Source: Shigella phage JK36
Sequence record: MK962754.1
Reading direction: 5' to 3' (one strand)
DNA length: 64,000 nucleotides
The notes below the pieces were generated by a model that had not been told where the DNA came from, did not search any database, and saw only the letters and a list, made by a program, of their open reading frames with translations. Position 1 is the first letter of the stretch; each line of letters begins with the position of its first letter. The position numbers and the translations under genes were made by a program. Positions 51,141 through 61,963 of this stretch are shown piece by piece.

Positions 51141-51809
51141 TTATTTTAATGTTACGAAAGAAGAATTACGAGTTTCACGAATTAGAACTGATCCATCGCG
51201 ATTAATATAATAAATTAAGCTAAATAATGTTTGGTGAGCAGAAGCGTGCACAAAACTGGTTGGACGAGATTTCCAATCTGGGGTTTCGGCTATCCATTGA
51301 TAAATCCACCAAGGAACAGTAACATATCCTGGGGCTTTGCCTAATTTAATGAGTGTAGGACTAAAATTTTCAGGCAGAACAAATTTTACTTCTTTATTTA
51401 CCTCTGTCTCAGGCTCTTTTTCAGATTCAACAACCTGAGTAATTGCTTCTTCGAATTTATCATGGTCGAATTCTTTTTCTTGTTCGACAACTTCTAATAC
51501 TTCAACTTGTTCTGTTGGAGAATCAAACAACAGAATAGCTTCTTCTTTAACTTCTTCGTTGGTGAAATTAACACCGTCCACATCATCTGCGGCAGTAATT
51601 AAATCGGTGATAGATAATCCATCGGTTTCAGGTAATGGTTCATCAGCCAGTGCGTTAAGAGCTTCTTCGATATCAATAACAATATTATCGAATGATTTTG
51701 TTTTCTTAACACTAATGCCAAATTGTTTCGCATATTCGAACAGTTTAGCTTTGGCTTCCTTTTTATCAGAAAGAGCACGTAACTCTTCAATATAGTCTTT
51801 ATCGATCAT
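51141..51809 (-). CDS. inh: Inh inhibitor of prohead protease
   Basis: 222 aa; position after hoc as in T4. Confidence 0.8.
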   Translation of the reverse strand: MIDKDYIEELRALSDKKEAKAKLFEYAKQFGISVKKTKSFDNIVIDIEEALNALADEPLPETDGLSITDLITAADDVDGVNFTNEEVKEEAILLFDSPTEQVEVLEVVEQEKEFDHDKFEEAITQVVESEKEPETEVNKEVKFVLPENFSPTLIKLGKAPGYVTVPWWIYQWIAETPDWKSRPTSFVHASAHQTLFSLIYYINRDGSVLIRETRNSSFVTLK

Positions 51810-51822
51810 GATATTTCCTCAT

Positions 51823-51830
51823 TATAAATA
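51823..51830 (+). promoter_or_regulatory. T4 late promoter TATAAATA (uvsW)
   Basis: Exact TATAAATA 30 nt upstream of uvsW ATG. Confidence 0.6.
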
Positions 51831-51859
51831 TAACTATATTTATTACATGGTAATTTGAC

Positions 51860-53374
51860 ATGACTGACATTAAAGTACATTTTCATGATTTTAGTCACGT
51901 GCGCATTGAATGCGACGAAAGTACGTTTTACGAACTTCGTGACTTTTTTAGCTTTGAAGCTGACGGGTATAAATTTAACCCAAAATATCGCTATGGGCAA
52001 TGGGATGGTAGAATTCGACTTTTAGATTACAACCGTTTGTTACCATATGGACTTGTAGGACAAATAAAAAAGTTCTGTAGCAATATGAGTTATTCTGTAT
52101 GGATTGACCCTAAAATCTTTGAGACCGAAGACCTTACCAGAGAAGATTTTGACGCATGGCTTTCTAAACAAGAAATTTATTCGGGCAACTCCAAAATCGA
52201 ACCACATTGGTATCAAAAAGATGCAGTATATGAAGGACTAGTTAATCGTCGTCGAATTTTAAACCTTCCGACATCAGCAGGTAAATCACTAATCCAAGCA
52301 CTTTTAGCTCGGTATTATCTAGAGAACTATGAAGGTAAAATTCTCATTATCGTCCCTACAACAGCATTGACAACCCAGATGGCTAATGATTTTGTTGATT
52401 ATCGCTTGTTTAGTCATTCGATGATTAAGAAAATTGGCGGTGGTGCTGATAAAGCAGACAAATCTAAAAACGACGCTCCAATTATTGTTGGCACATGGCA
52501 AACGGTAGTTAAGCAGCCTAAAGAATGGTTCTCTCAGTTCGGTATGATGATGAACGATGAATGCCACTTAGCAACAGGCAAAAGTATTTCTTCAATCATC
52601 GCAGGATTAAATAATTGTATGTTTAAATTCGGTTTATCTGGCTCATTAAGAGACGGAAAAGCCAATGTAATGCAGTACGTGGGTATGTTCGGCGAAATCT
52701 TCCGTCCTGTTAGCACGTCTAAATTAATGGAAGATGGACAGGTAACTGAGCTTAAGATTAATAGTATTTTCCTTCGTTATCCGGACGAATTCACTGTTAA
52801 ATTAAAAGGTAAAACATACCAAGAAGAAGTTAAAATTATTACCGGACTAAAACGTCGTACAAAGTGGATTGCTCAACTTTCAGTCAAATTGGCTAAGAAA
52901 GACGAGAACGCTTTTGTAATGTTTAAACACGTTACACACGGTAAAGAAATATTTGAAGCTATTAAAGAGCTTGGATACGAAAAAGTTTATTACGTATCAG
53001 GTGAAGTTGATACTGAAACACGTAACGCGCTTAAAGTCATGGCAGAAAATGGTAAAGGCATTATTATTGTCGCATCATATGGAGTATTCTCTACTGGTAT
53101 TTCAGTCAAGAATCTTCATCATGTTATTTTTGCCCATGGTGTTAAATCAAAAATTATCGTACTTCAAACCGTAGGTCGCGTGCTTCGCAAGCATGGTTCT
53201 AAATCTGTTGCTACAGTTTGGGATCTCATCGACGATGCAGGTGTAAAACCTAAATCATTAAATACTAAAAAGAAGTATACTCATCTTAATTACTTGTTAA
53301 AACACGGTATTGATCGTATCCAACGTTACGCTGATGAGAAATTTAACTATGTAATGAAAACAATTAATTTATAA
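51860..53374 (+). CDS. uvsW: UvsW DNA/RNA helicase
   Basis: 504 aa; SF2 helicase motifs (PTSAGKS, DECH). Confidence 0.9.
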   Translation: MTDIKVHFHDFSHVRIECDESTFYELRDFFSFEADGYKFNPKYRYGQWDGRIRLLDYNRLLPYGLVGQIKKFCSNMSYSVWIDPKIFETEDLTREDFDAWLSKQEIYSGNSKIEPHWYQKDAVYEGLVNRRRILNLPTSAGKSLIQALLARYYLENYEGKILIIVPTTALTTQMANDFVDYRLFSHSMIKKIGGGADKADKSKNDAPIIVGTWQTVVKQPKEWFSQFGMMMNDECHLATGKSISSIIAGLNNCMFKFGLSGSLRDGKANVMQYVGMFGEIFRPVSTSKLMEDGQVTELKINSIFLRYPDEFTVKLKGKTYQEEVKIITGLKRRTKWIAQLSVKLAKKDENAFVMFKHVTHGKEIFEAIKELGYEKVYYVSGEVDTETRNALKVMAENGKGIIIVASYGVFSTGISVKNLHHVIFAHGVKSKIIVLQTVGRVLRKHGSKSVATVWDLIDDAGVKPKSLNTKKKYTHLNYLLKHGIDRIQRYADEKFNYVMKTINL

Positions 53375-53399
53375 GGGCTTCGGCCCTTAGGAGATAAAA

Positions 53400-53630
53400 A
53401 TGGTACTTGAATTTAAACAATTTTTATACGAAGCATCTATTGACGAATTCATGGGTAAAATTGCTAGTTGTCATACCCTAGAAGGGCTTGAAGAATTGGA
53501 AGCTTATTATAAGAAACGTATAAAAGAAACGGAATTAAAAGATACAGATGATATTTCTGTCAGGGATGCCTTAGCAGGTAAGCGTGCCGAACTTGAAGGC
53601 GATGATGAGGATGTGGAAGAAGACTTCTAA
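53400..53630 (+). CDS. uvsW.1: UvsW.1 small acidic protein
   Basis: 76 aa ORF directly after uvsW; RBS GGAG. Confidence 0.6.
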   Translation: MVLEFKQFLYEASIDEFMGKIASCHTLEGLEELEAYYKKRIKETELKDTDDISVRDALAGKRAELEGDDEDVEEDF

Positions 53631-53631
53631 T

Positions 53632-53664
53632 TAAAAAAAAAGGCCCAACCTTTTTGGAAGGGCC
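53632..53664 (-). terminator. rho-independent terminator (minus strand, uvsY operon)
   Basis: GGCCC-(loop)-GGGCC hairpin followed on minus strand by TTTTTTTTT. Confidence 0.55.
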
Positions 53665-53690
53665 AAAAACCATAGGCAAAAAAGGTAACA

Positions 53691-53858
53691 CTATAGTAAA
53701 AGTTGGGTTTCGTTCAATTGCTCTTCTGAACTTTCTGAAACCGGCAATTGTTGGACATAATTATAACAAGGACCAGGATGTGCTGGACCTTTGTCTGTTT
53801 CAACAACCAATGCAGAATCGATTGGAGTTTTACAGACAACACAAATCTTATCTGACAT
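53691..53858 (-). CDS. small Cys-rich protein (about 55 aa; uvsY.-1 position)
   Basis: ATG at 53858 with AGGAGG RBS; MSDKICVVCKTP...HPGPCYNY; below ORF-track size cutoff; stop position +/-3. Confidence 0.35.
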   Translation of the reverse strand: MSDKICVVCKTPIDSALVVETDKGPAHPGPCYNYVQQLPVSESSEEQLNETQLLL

Positions 53859-53890
53859 GATTGCCTCCTAAGTTGAAATTACATATCTAT

Positions 53891-54115
53891 TTATACCACT
53901 CGCATGCACATATCGATACCCATATCTTTTGTATAAAAATACTCGTCGATGTACCCAGCAAACTTCCCTTTAATATAAAGGACGTCTTCGCCACAAGGGT
54001 GGTCTGCCAGGATACGAATATCCTGACGACGTAGACGATACTTTTCCATTAAGAATTTAATTTCAGTTTCAAATTCTTCGTCATTATTAAAGGCATCTTC
54101 AATTGAATAACGCAT
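53891..54115 (-). CDS. uvsY.-2: UvsY.-2 protein
   Basis: 74 aa ORF immediately downstream of uvsY (ATGA overlap). Confidence 0.6.
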   Translation of the reverse strand: MRYSIEDAFNNDEEFETEIKFLMEKYRLRRQDIRILADHPCGEDVLYIKGKFAGYIDEYFYTKDMGIDMCMRVV

Positions 54116-54528
54116 TATTGCCCCGCTTCAAATTCTCGCATATCCTGGATATGTTTAAGTGCAAAACTACGAGACTTAACTGCGTCAAGTGCACCACTAC
54201 AGAACTCAAGTAAAATTCCCCAGTATTGTAAAGTAGTCTCTATTTTAAGCACATCTTTATCTGCAGCCAGGACAGTTTTCATTTCAGATTTCTCGTATCG
54301 GTCCATACTGAATTCATCACCGTCACCTCGTCCCGAGTAGTAGTCTAATCTTGCTTTTAGAGCAGTTTTCTTCTGAGTCTCTATACGCAACATTTCTTTA
54401 CGAATAAATGAGTGCTTACGTAGCCATTTGCTGTATAACTTAACATTATTCGCCGTCTCATATTGCAACTTTGTCGTATCAATAGCTAAGTCTGCGTCTA
54501 ACTCTTCCTGTAAATCTTCCAGCTTCAT
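54115..54528 (-). CDS. uvsY: UvsY recombination mediator protein
   Basis: 137 aa as T4 UvsY; strong similarity. Confidence 0.9.
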   Translation of the reverse strand: MKLEDLQEELDADLAIDTTKLQYETANNVKLYSKWLRKHSFIRKEMLRIETQKKTALKARLDYYSGRGDGDEFSMDRYEKSEMKTVLAADKDVLKIETTLQYWGILLEFCSGALDAVKSRSFALKHIQDMREFEAGQ

Positions 54529-54582
54529 AATATTCTCTCTTTAACTAATAATCTCCCGGCTGTATCGGAAGGACCTAAAACC

Positions 54583-54607
54583 ATTATACATAGGTTGCCT
54601 TGAAGCA
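54583..54607 (-). promoter_or_regulatory. MotA-dependent middle promoter (uvsY)
   Basis: Minus strand TGCTTCA (MotA box) + 12 nt + TATAAT, about 50 nt upstream of uvsY. Confidence 0.55.
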
Positions 54608-55006
54608 TTACACTCTATTGCTTGACGCTAACTGAAGTTTAATTTGTTCAATATCGTCAGGGTTGTCTACGACCGAAAATCTAATCTCTACTATAACCGT
54701 ATAGTCATCATATACTGGCGTTACACTTACAGAAAGTTTGTCGATGCGTGGCTCATAGTTACGAACAGCTGCCTGGATATTACGCTCAATCGTATCGGCT
54801 GTAAGTGGTGTCATGTTCTCGAAAAGTTCATCGACCAAATCACATCCAAATTCAGGGTCGAAGGGGCGTGAGCCTTTTCTAGTTGTCACTATACCAAGAA
54901 GACTATTTTTAATAGAACGAAGTCCTACAGAACGAGCAACGTCCTTGTTCCAATCCATACGCATTTCTGGATCGATATCTGAATAAAGTTTATTGATATT
55001 AGACAT
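54608..55006 (-). CDS. 25: gp25 baseplate wedge subunit
   Basis: 132 aa as T4 gp25. Confidence 0.85.
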   Translation of the reverse strand: MSNINKLYSDIDPEMRMDWNKDVARSVGLRSIKNSLLGIVTTRKGSRPFDPEFGCDLVDELFENMTPLTADTIERNIQAAVRNYEPRIDKLSVSVTPVYDDYTVIVEIRFSVVDNPDDIEQIKLQLASSNRV

Positions 55007-55632
55007 TATAGTAACTCAAAGAATTCTTTGAGGCCTCGTATTGTGTGAACGTGTGACGCCCCACATTTGGGACATTTAATAGGGGTTGCCAGATAAATTG
55101 ACGGCGATACTAAAAGATTTTTAATATTGATCATGTCATCTTCTGTTATAAGGCCGTAAAGGTCGTTTATTTCTGCTTCAGTTAAATCTTCAACAGGGAT
55201 GGACTCTCCATTGACAAAAACGGCCTCAATACATGAAGCAATCATTAATGCGATATTTTTATCGTCAAATAATTTAGGTTGACGGAACTTAATTTTAATA
55301 CCGCTGAACGAATACCAGGGATCGGCCTGTTCATCTAATTGAGTGTGCAATAAATTCATATAGACTTGAAATGAATGCCCACAGGAACAATTCCAGGTGT
55401 GTTCTTGATTCACTTCACCTAATGAATGGGCCCACAGATTTACCAACAATAACTCGGCTTCTTGTTTAGTCAAGTTTTTAGCATTAGAGCAATTAGTGAT
55501 AATATTGTTCACTGCGGATTCAATAGTACCGGTAGCCCGCGCACCTATGAGTCCTAAATATTCTTTTAAAGTAAAGGCTCTACAATTCACTTCTTTATCG
55601 CCTAAACGTACTGTAAACGTATATTTGTACAT
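55006..55632 (-). CDS. 26: gp26 baseplate hub subunit
   Basis: 208 aa as T4 gp26; ATGA overlap with gene 25. Confidence 0.85.
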   Translation of the reverse strand: MYKYTFTVRLGDKEVNCRAFTLKEYLGLIGARATGTIESAVNNIITNCSNAKNLTKQEAELLLVNLWAHSLGEVNQEHTWNCSCGHSFQVYMNLLHTQLDEQADPWYSFSGIKIKFRQPKLFDDKNIALMIASCIEAVFVNGESIPVEDLTEAEINDLYGLITEDDMINIKNLLVSPSIYLATPIKCPKCGASHVHTIRGLKEFFELL

Positions 55633-55650
55633 GTTAACTCCTTTATTGTG

Positions 55651-55658
55651 TATTTATA
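55651..55658 (-). promoter_or_regulatory. T4 late promoter TATAAATA (gene 26)
   Basis: TATAAATA on minus strand 19 nt upstream of gene 26 ATG; overlaps gene 51 late promoter. Confidence 0.5.
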
Positions 55659-55662
55659 AATA
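55655..55662 (+). promoter_or_regulatory. T4 late promoter TATAAATA (gene 51)
   Basis: Exact TATAAATA 18 nt upstream of gene 51 ATG. Confidence 0.55.
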
Positions 55663-55679
55663 ATAGAAAAGGAGTAATT

Positions 55680-56432
55680 ATGGCTAATATAATTCGTTGT
55701 AAATTACCGGATGGTGTTCATCGTTTCAAGCCGTTCACCGTAGCGGATTATAGAGACTTTTTACTAGTTAGAAATGATATCGAACATCGTTCGCCACAAG
55801 AACAAAAAGAAATAATTGCCGATCTGATTGATGATTATTTTGGCGAGTATCCTAAAACATGGCAACCATTTATATTCCTGCAAGTTTTTGCAGGCTCTAT
55901 AGGCAAAACAAAAGTTCCCGTTATTTTCACTTGCCCTAAATGCTCTAAAGAAAAAACTGCACCATTTGAGATATATCAAAAAGAACTAGTCGAACCTGAA
56001 CTTGATGTTGCTGGTATAAAAATACGTTTTTCTTTCCCTGAAAAGTTTTATGACAACAAGGCATTAATGATAAGTGAAAACATAAAAGAAATATATTATA
56101 ATGACGAATGGTACCCATGGAATGATTTGACTGAAGAGAACCAAATCCAAGTAATAGAAGCAATAGACATTGACTCGCTCGAGAAGGTTATTGCTTCTAT
56201 GAACCCTATTAATTTGACCCTTAGATTAGGTTGTTGTGAACGACATGTTAAAACATATACTGATATCTTAGAGGTTTTTAAATTGTTAGTTAACCCTGAT
56301 GAGATTTTTACATTCTATCAGATAAACCATTCACTAGTAAAGAGTCAATACACATTGGATTCTATTATGCAAATGATTCCTGTTGAACGTGGTATTGCTT
56401 TAACATTAGTAGAAAAGGACCATAAAAAATGA
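55680..56432 (+). CDS. 51: gp51 baseplate hub assembly catalyst
   Basis: 250 aa; synteny. Confidence 0.85.
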   Translation: MANIIRCKLPDGVHRFKPFTVADYRDFLLVRNDIEHRSPQEQKEIIADLIDDYFGEYPKTWQPFIFLQVFAGSIGKTKVPVIFTCPKCSKEKTAPFEIYQKELVEPELDVAGIKIRFSFPEKFYDNKALMISENIKEIYYNDEWYPWNDLTEENQIQVIEAIDIDSLEKVIASMNPINLTLRLGCCERHVKTYTDILEVFKLLVNPDEIFTFYQINHSLVKSQYTLDSIMQMIPVERGIALTLVEKDHKK

Positions 56433-57601
56433 AAGTATTCCAACGTCCAGGATATCCTAACTTAAGCGTTAAATTATACCAAGATTATTCGGCTTGGCAA
56501 GAAAATAGATACGTTGAACTCGCGGCAACAATAACAACTTTAACCATGCGAGATTCGCTATATGGAAGAAATGAAGGGATTCTTCAATTTTATGACACTA
56601 AAAACATCCACACTAAAATGGACGGTAGACAGATAGTTCAAATCTCTGTTTCAAATTCAAACACACCTCTCCAAGTTAGAACTCGAATTTATGGATGTAG
56701 ACATTATTCTGTGTCTGTGGACTCAAAAGGTGACAATATTATTGCAATTGAGCTTGGAACAATACATTCTATAGAGAACCTTAAATTTGGGCGTCCATTC
56801 TTCCCGGACGCAGGCGAATCTATACGTGAAATGTTAGGTGTCATATACAAAGACCGTGCGTTAATTACTCCGCCAATAAACACTATTAATGCTTATGTTC
56901 CTGATATCCCTTGGACAAGCACATTTGATGATTATTTGGCATATGTCAGAGAATTAGGACTTGCTACAGCGAGTGATAAGTTCGTATTCGTATGGCAAGA
57001 TATTTTAGGCGTAAACATGATTGACTACGATACTCTTATTGGTCAGGAAGGCATTAAGATGATTGTAGGTGAGCCAAATACTGTAGGTCAGTATATTCAA
57101 GAGCTTGAGTATCCATTAGTATGGGATTTCACCTGGATGACTAAAGCTAACCAATTTACAAGAGACCCTATTAAAAACGCCACGATATTCGCTCATTCAT
57201 TTTTAGATACATCTATTCCGGTTATTGTTACAGGCGATGGTGATAATGCTATTCTTGTGTCAAGATCCGGTGGATATTCCGAAATGACCTATCGTAATGG
57301 ATTTGAAGAAGCAAGTCGTCTTCAGACAATGGCTCAATATGACGGATATGCTAAATGCACTACTACAGGCAATTTTAACATAACGCCTGCTACTAAAATT
57401 ATATTTGTTGACCAAAAGAACCAATTCAAATCCGAATTTTACGTAGATGAAGTTATTCATGAGTTATCAAATAACAACTCACAAACTCATCTGTACATGT
57501 TTACCAACTCAATGGTGTTAGAACCTGTTAACCCAGTTAAGGTTAAAAATGAACTTAAATCTGATTCTACCTCTAAAGAAAATAATTCTACCACAGTCTA
57601 A
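56429..57601 (+). CDS. 27: gp27 baseplate hub subunit
   Basis: 390 aa; synteny. Confidence 0.85.
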   Translation: MKVFQRPGYPNLSVKLYQDYSAWQENRYVELAATITTLTMRDSLYGRNEGILQFYDTKNIHTKMDGRQIVQISVSNSNTPLQVRTRIYGCRHYSVSVDSKGDNIIAIELGTIHSIENLKFGRPFFPDAGESIREMLGVIYKDRALITPPINTINAYVPDIPWTSTFDDYLAYVRELGLATASDKFVFVWQDILGVNMIDYDTLIGQEGIKMIVGEPNTVGQYIQELEYPLVWDFTWMTKANQFTRDPIKNATIFAHSFLDTSIPVIVTGDGDNAILVSRSGGYSEMTYRNGFEEASRLQTMAQYDGYAKCTTTGNFNITPATKIIFVDQKNQFKSEFYVDEVIHELSNNNSQTHLYMFTNSMVLEPVNPVKVKNELKSDSTSKENNSTTV

Positions 57602-58082
57602 TAAAAAGGTAATGATTCCCAAATTAGGGCTCAAACATTATAATCTTTTAAAGGACGTTAAAGGCCCTGATGAAAACATGAAAATCTTAGCTGATTCTAT
57701 TTGTAAAAATATGAGTCCCGCAGATTTTGATTTTGCATGTCTACACATATTGGAATTTAATAACAAACTTAAGTCTGAAGTTGAAAAAGATGGATTCACT
57801 TATAAACTAGATGACGTCTATGTATGCCAACGAACAGAATTCCAATTTCAAGGTAATACTTTTTATTTTAGACCCCCAGGCAAATTTGAACAATTCGCTA
57901 CAATCAGTGAAATGCTATCAAATTGCTTAATAAAAGTTAATGACGAAGAGAAAGAAATTTCTTTCCTTGAGATGCCTGCTTTTGTAATCAAATGGGCAGA
58001 AGACCTTTCGACAACTATTGCTATTCCAGGCCCTAATGGTCCTATTAAGGGTATAGCAGAAATTATTGGATTGCTTGAATGA
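57549..58082 (+). CDS. 28: gp28 baseplate hub distal subunit
   Basis: 177 aa as T4 gp28; overlaps gene 27 end. Confidence 0.8.
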   Translation: MNLNLILPLKKIILPQSNKKVMIPKLGLKHYNLLKDVKGPDENMKILADSICKNMSPADFDFACLHILEFNNKLKSEVEKDGFTYKLDDVYVCQRTEFQFQGNTFYFRPPGKFEQFATISEMLSNCLIKVNDEEKEISFLEMPAFVIKWAEDLSTTIAIPGPNGPIKGIAEIIGLLE

Positions 58083-59851
58083 AACCTGAAGAAATGAAAT
58101 CCATGCGTAGAAATAAGGTCATTGCCGATAATAAACCACAAAAAGTAGCTGCTGATGCAGCTACCGATTCATTAGAAGCATTGAATAACATTTCATCAAA
58201 ACTAGACGATGTCCAAGCCGCGTCTGAACTCACATCACAAAGTGTAGAAGATAAAGGCAATGGAATTATTGAATCAATTGGAGACTTAAAGAATTCGACA
58301 GATAATACTGCTGAAGGCACAGAGCTTATCGCAGAAGTTATTGAAAAACAAACTGAAGTCACTAAAGGTATAAACGAAGTTTCTAGTGCAATAAGCTCTA
58401 AGTTAGACCGATTAGCTACATTATTAGAGCAAAAATTACAAACATCTACCGCTATTCAAAATACAGGAGGCACCTCTCTTGAAGTAATTGAGAACGCAAT
58501 ACCTGTTAAAGTGGTTGAGAATGAAACTTCTGATGAGTTGTTTAAAGCATTCCCTACACCTGAAAAGATTGATAATAAGCCAGACGAAGATTTCTTCCCA
58601 GCACCGGTTCAAGAAAGTGCTAATTCTACTTCCGATTCTAAAGGCGGAATTAGCTTTAAATTGAGCGATAAAATTGCAATGCTCACCAAAACAGTTCAAA
58701 CCGGGTTTAATAAATCAATATCAATTTCAGACAGAATTGCTGGAATGCTTTTCAAATACACTATAACGGCTGCTATTGAAGCAGCAAAAATGGCCGCACT
58801 TATTCTTGGTATTGTTATCGGTATTGATTTATTGATAGTCCATTTCAAATATTGGACAGACAAGTTCACTTCTGCCTGGGATTTATTTGATGAAAACTTT
58901 ACTAAATTCTCCGATGAAGCTAAAGAGTGGGGTAAATTCTTAAGTGATATATTCACTTCTATTGACTCTATAAAACAATTGTGGGAAGCTGGAGACTGGG
59001 GTGGTTTAACCGTTGCTATTGTCAAAGGTGTAGGAACAGCATTAATGAACTTAGGTGAACTAATTCAATTAGGAATGGCTAAACTCTCCGCGTCTATATT
59101 GCGTGCTATAGGTTTTGGTGATACCGCGGACGAAATAGAAGGACGTGCTTTAGAAGGATTCCAAGAAACTACTGGGAACAAATTAAAGAAAGAAGACCAA
59201 GAGAAAGTCGCTAAATATCAAATGAAACGTGACGATGGGGAATTAGGAACCGTTTCTAAAGGTCTTGATATGTTACAACGCGGCAAAACATTCGTTACTA
59301 ACTGGGTTCGTGGTAATGACAATAAAGAAGAGTTTAGTACAAGCGATGAGCGTGCTGCGGAATCAGCAAAATTAAAAGAGTTACCTGAAGAGGAGCGTAA
59401 AGAGGCGTATATAAAAGCTAATGAAACTCGTGCGGCACTGGTTAGATTTGAGGATTATATCGATAAAATCGATATGACTAATCCGGAAAATGCTAAAAAC
59501 GTCGAGAAGTCTTATGCTGATTTAAGTAAACTTATTAAAGACCCTGAACTTAATAAAACTCCTGTTGTTAAAAAGGAACTAGATGCTAGATTTGAAAAGC
59601 TAAATAATAAAATGGCTGAAGCCAAAAAGGCTCAGACAACAGTTAAGCCTGAATCTTCGTCTAAATCTCCGGAAGCAAAACAAGTTCAGTCAATAGAGAA
59701 AGGACGTGCTTCTGAATCTAAACAACAGCAACCGGTAGCGGCGATTAGTAACACAAATAATGTCGTCAAAAAGAATACCGTAGTCCAGAATATGACCCCT
59801 GTAACAAGTACAACGGCTCCTGGAATTTTCCATGCCACCGGTGTTAATTAA
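58079..59851 (+). CDS. 29: gp29 baseplate hub subunit / tail length determinator
   Basis: 590 aa as T4 gp29. Confidence 0.85.
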   Translation: MKPEEMKSMRRNKVIADNKPQKVAADAATDSLEALNNISSKLDDVQAASELTSQSVEDKGNGIIESIGDLKNSTDNTAEGTELIAEVIEKQTEVTKGINEVSSAISSKLDRLATLLEQKLQTSTAIQNTGGTSLEVIENAIPVKVVENETSDELFKAFPTPEKIDNKPDEDFFPAPVQESANSTSDSKGGISFKLSDKIAMLTKTVQTGFNKSISISDRIAGMLFKYTITAAIEAAKMAALILGIVIGIDLLIVHFKYWTDKFTSAWDLFDENFTKFSDEAKEWGKFLSDIFTSIDSIKQLWEAGDWGGLTVAIVKGVGTALMNLGELIQLGMAKLSASILRAIGFGDTADEIEGRALEGFQETTGNKLKKEDQEKVAKYQMKRDDGELGTVSKGLDMLQRGKTFVTNWVRGNDNKEEFSTSDERAAESAKLKELPEEERKEAYIKANETRAALVRFEDYIDKIDMTNPENAKNVEKSYADLSKLIKDPELNKTPVVKKELDARFEKLNNKMAEAKKAQTTVKPESSSKSPEAKQVQSIEKGRASESKQQQPVAAISNTNNVVKKNTVVQNMTPVTSTTAPGIFHATGVN

Positions 59852-59859
59852 GGATTATT

Positions 59860-60969
59860 ATGATTAGTGTAAAAGAAATAGTAGTAGATGCAAAGGATTT
59901 AAATAAAGCAATCCCAGTCTCAGAAAGTGCCGGGCAAAGCACTAAAACCGAAACAACCACTAAAACTTATGTTGCTCAATTTCCTACAGGAAGAGCAGCC
60001 GGAAATGACTCCACAGGAGACTTCCAGGTAACAGACCTTTATAAGAATGGATTATTATTTACCGCGTACAATATGTCTGCACGCGATTCAGGATCCCTCA
60101 GGAATTTACGTCCGGCGTATGCCGGGACTTCATCTAATGGTATCATATCAGATTTAACTGACAACGTGAAAGATGCAGTGACTAAATTCTCAAATGGCTT
60201 GCTTCCTGCCGGAGCTAATAAGTCTACTATAAACAAAACTCCTGTTGCTAATATACTTTTGCCACGTTCCAAATCTGATGTTGATACAACTTCACATCGT
60301 TTTAATGATATCGGTGATAGCCTTATTACTAAAGGTGGAGGTACTGCTACGGGTGTTTTAAGTAACATTGCTTCTACTGCAGTTTTTGGTGCATTAGATT
60401 CTATTACTCAAGGGCTTATGGCTGATAATAACGAACAGATTTATACGACTTCTCGTAGTATGTATGGTGGTGCTGAGAACCGTACTAAAGTCTTTACATG
60501 GGATTTAACTCCGCGTTCAACTGAAGACCTTATGGCTATTATAAACATTTACCAGTATTTTAACTATTTCTCATATGGTGAGACCGGTAAATCACAGTAC
60601 GCCCAAGAGATTAAAAGTTATTTAGACGAATGGTACCGTTCAACGTTTATTGAGCCTATGACGCCAGATGATGCAGTAAAAAATAAGACATTGTTTGAAA
60701 AGATTACTGCGTCATTAACAAATGTATTAGTTGTAAGCAACCCTACAATTTGGATGGTTAAAAACTTTGGTTATACGTCTAAATTTGATGGATTAACTGA
60801 CGTATTTGGTCCATGTCAAATTCAAAGCGTACGTTTTGATAAAACTCCAAATGGACAATTTAATGGTCTCGCTGTTGCTCCTAACTTACCATCAACATTT
60901 ACGTTAGAGATAACAATGCGAGAAATTATTACATTAAACCGTTCTTCACTTTATGCGGGGACTTTCTAA
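59860..60969 (+). CDS. 48: gp48 baseplate tail tube cap
   Basis: 369 aa; synteny. Confidence 0.85.
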   Translation: MISVKEIVVDAKDLNKAIPVSESAGQSTKTETTTKTYVAQFPTGRAAGNDSTGDFQVTDLYKNGLLFTAYNMSARDSGSLRNLRPAYAGTSSNGIISDLTDNVKDAVTKFSNGLLPAGANKSTINKTPVANILLPRSKSDVDTTSHRFNDIGDSLITKGGGTATGVLSNIASTAVFGALDSITQGLMADNNEQIYTTSRSMYGGAENRTKVFTWDLTPRSTEDLMAIINIYQYFNYFSYGETGKSQYAQEIKSYLDEWYRSTFIEPMTPDDAVKNKTLFEKITASLTNVLVVSNPTIWMVKNFGYTSKFDGLTDVFGPCQIQSVRFDKTPNGQFNGLAVAPNLPSTFTLEITMREIITLNRSSLYAGTF

Positions 60970-61931
60970 TGTACTCTTTAGAAGAATTTAATAACCAAGC
61001 TATAAATGCAGATTTCCAACGAAACAATATGTTTAGTTGTGTATTTGCTACTACACCATCGACTAAATCATCTTCACTAATTTCGTCAATTGGTAGTTTT
61101 GCTTATAATAACTTAGGGTTGGATTCCGATTGGCTAGGATTGTCTCAAGGTGATATCAATCAGGGCGTAACAACCCTGATTACAGCAGGAACACAGAAAT
61201 TAATTCGAAAATCAGGTATAAGTAAATACCTGATTGGAGCAATGAGTCAACGTACGGTACAAAGCTTGTTAGGTGAGTTCACAGTAGGAGCTTATCTGAT
61301 AGACTTCTTCAATATGGCATATAATAATACAGGTTTAATGATTTATTCTGTAAAAATGCCTGAGAACCGATTATCTTATGAAACGGATTTCAACTATAAC
61401 TCCCCGAACATCCGAATTACCGGCCGTGAAATGGACCCGTTAGTAATAAGCTTTAGAATGGATTCTGAAGCATCTAACTTTAGAGCAATGCAAGACTGGG
61501 TAAACTCGGTCCAAGACCCTGTAACAGGTCTTCGCGCTTTACCACAAGACGTCGAAGCAGATATTCAGGTTAATTTACACGCACGAAATGGTTTACCACA
61601 TACCGCTGTCATGTTCACAGGATGTATTCCTGTTAGTGTCTCTTCTCCTGAGTTAACGTATGATGGTGATAATCAGATAACAGTTTTTGATGTAACATTT
61701 GCTTATCGCGTTATGCAATCAGGTGCTGTAAATAGACAGGCTGCTTTAGAATGGCTGGAATCAGGACTTATTAGTAGTGTTTCAGGAATGTTTGGAAATA
61801 ATCAGAATGATTCTGGACTAGGAAGTGCAGTATCAAGACTTTCTAGATTAGGTGGGACTGCTGGTGGTGTGTCTAATATAAACACATTGACAGGTGTGGT
61901 GAATTCTGCGTCAAGAGTTTTAGGACTATAA
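60969..61931 (+). CDS. 54: gp54 baseplate tail tube initiator
   Basis: 320 aa as T4 gp54. Confidence 0.85.
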   Translation: MYSLEEFNNQAINADFQRNNMFSCVFATTPSTKSSSLISSIGSFAYNNLGLDSDWLGLSQGDINQGVTTLITAGTQKLIRKSGISKYLIGAMSQRTVQSLLGEFTVGAYLIDFFNMAYNNTGLMIYSVKMPENRLSYETDFNYNSPNIRITGREMDPLVISFRMDSEASNFRAMQDWVNSVQDPVTGLRALPQDVEADIQVNLHARNGLPHTAVMFTGCIPVSVSSPELTYDGDNQITVFDVTFAYRVMQSGAVNRQAALEWLESGLISSVSGMFGNNQNDSGLGSAVSRLSRLGGTAGGVSNINTLTGVVNSASRVLGL

Positions 61932-61937
61932 GAAAAA

Positions 61938-61962
61938 GGGAGACAACGTCTCCCTTTAGGGG
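61938..61962. terminator. bidirectional rho-independent terminator
   Basis: GGGAGAC-AAC-GTCTCCC hairpin followed by TTTAGGGGTTT on plus and by TTTTTC on minus. Confidence 0.55.
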
Positions 61963-61963
61963 T

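Noticed and set aside
53654-53860. Plus-strand 68-aa ORF after uvsW.1
   Set aside because: Starts inside the terminator hairpin and overlaps a better-supported minus-strand small ORF with strong RBS.
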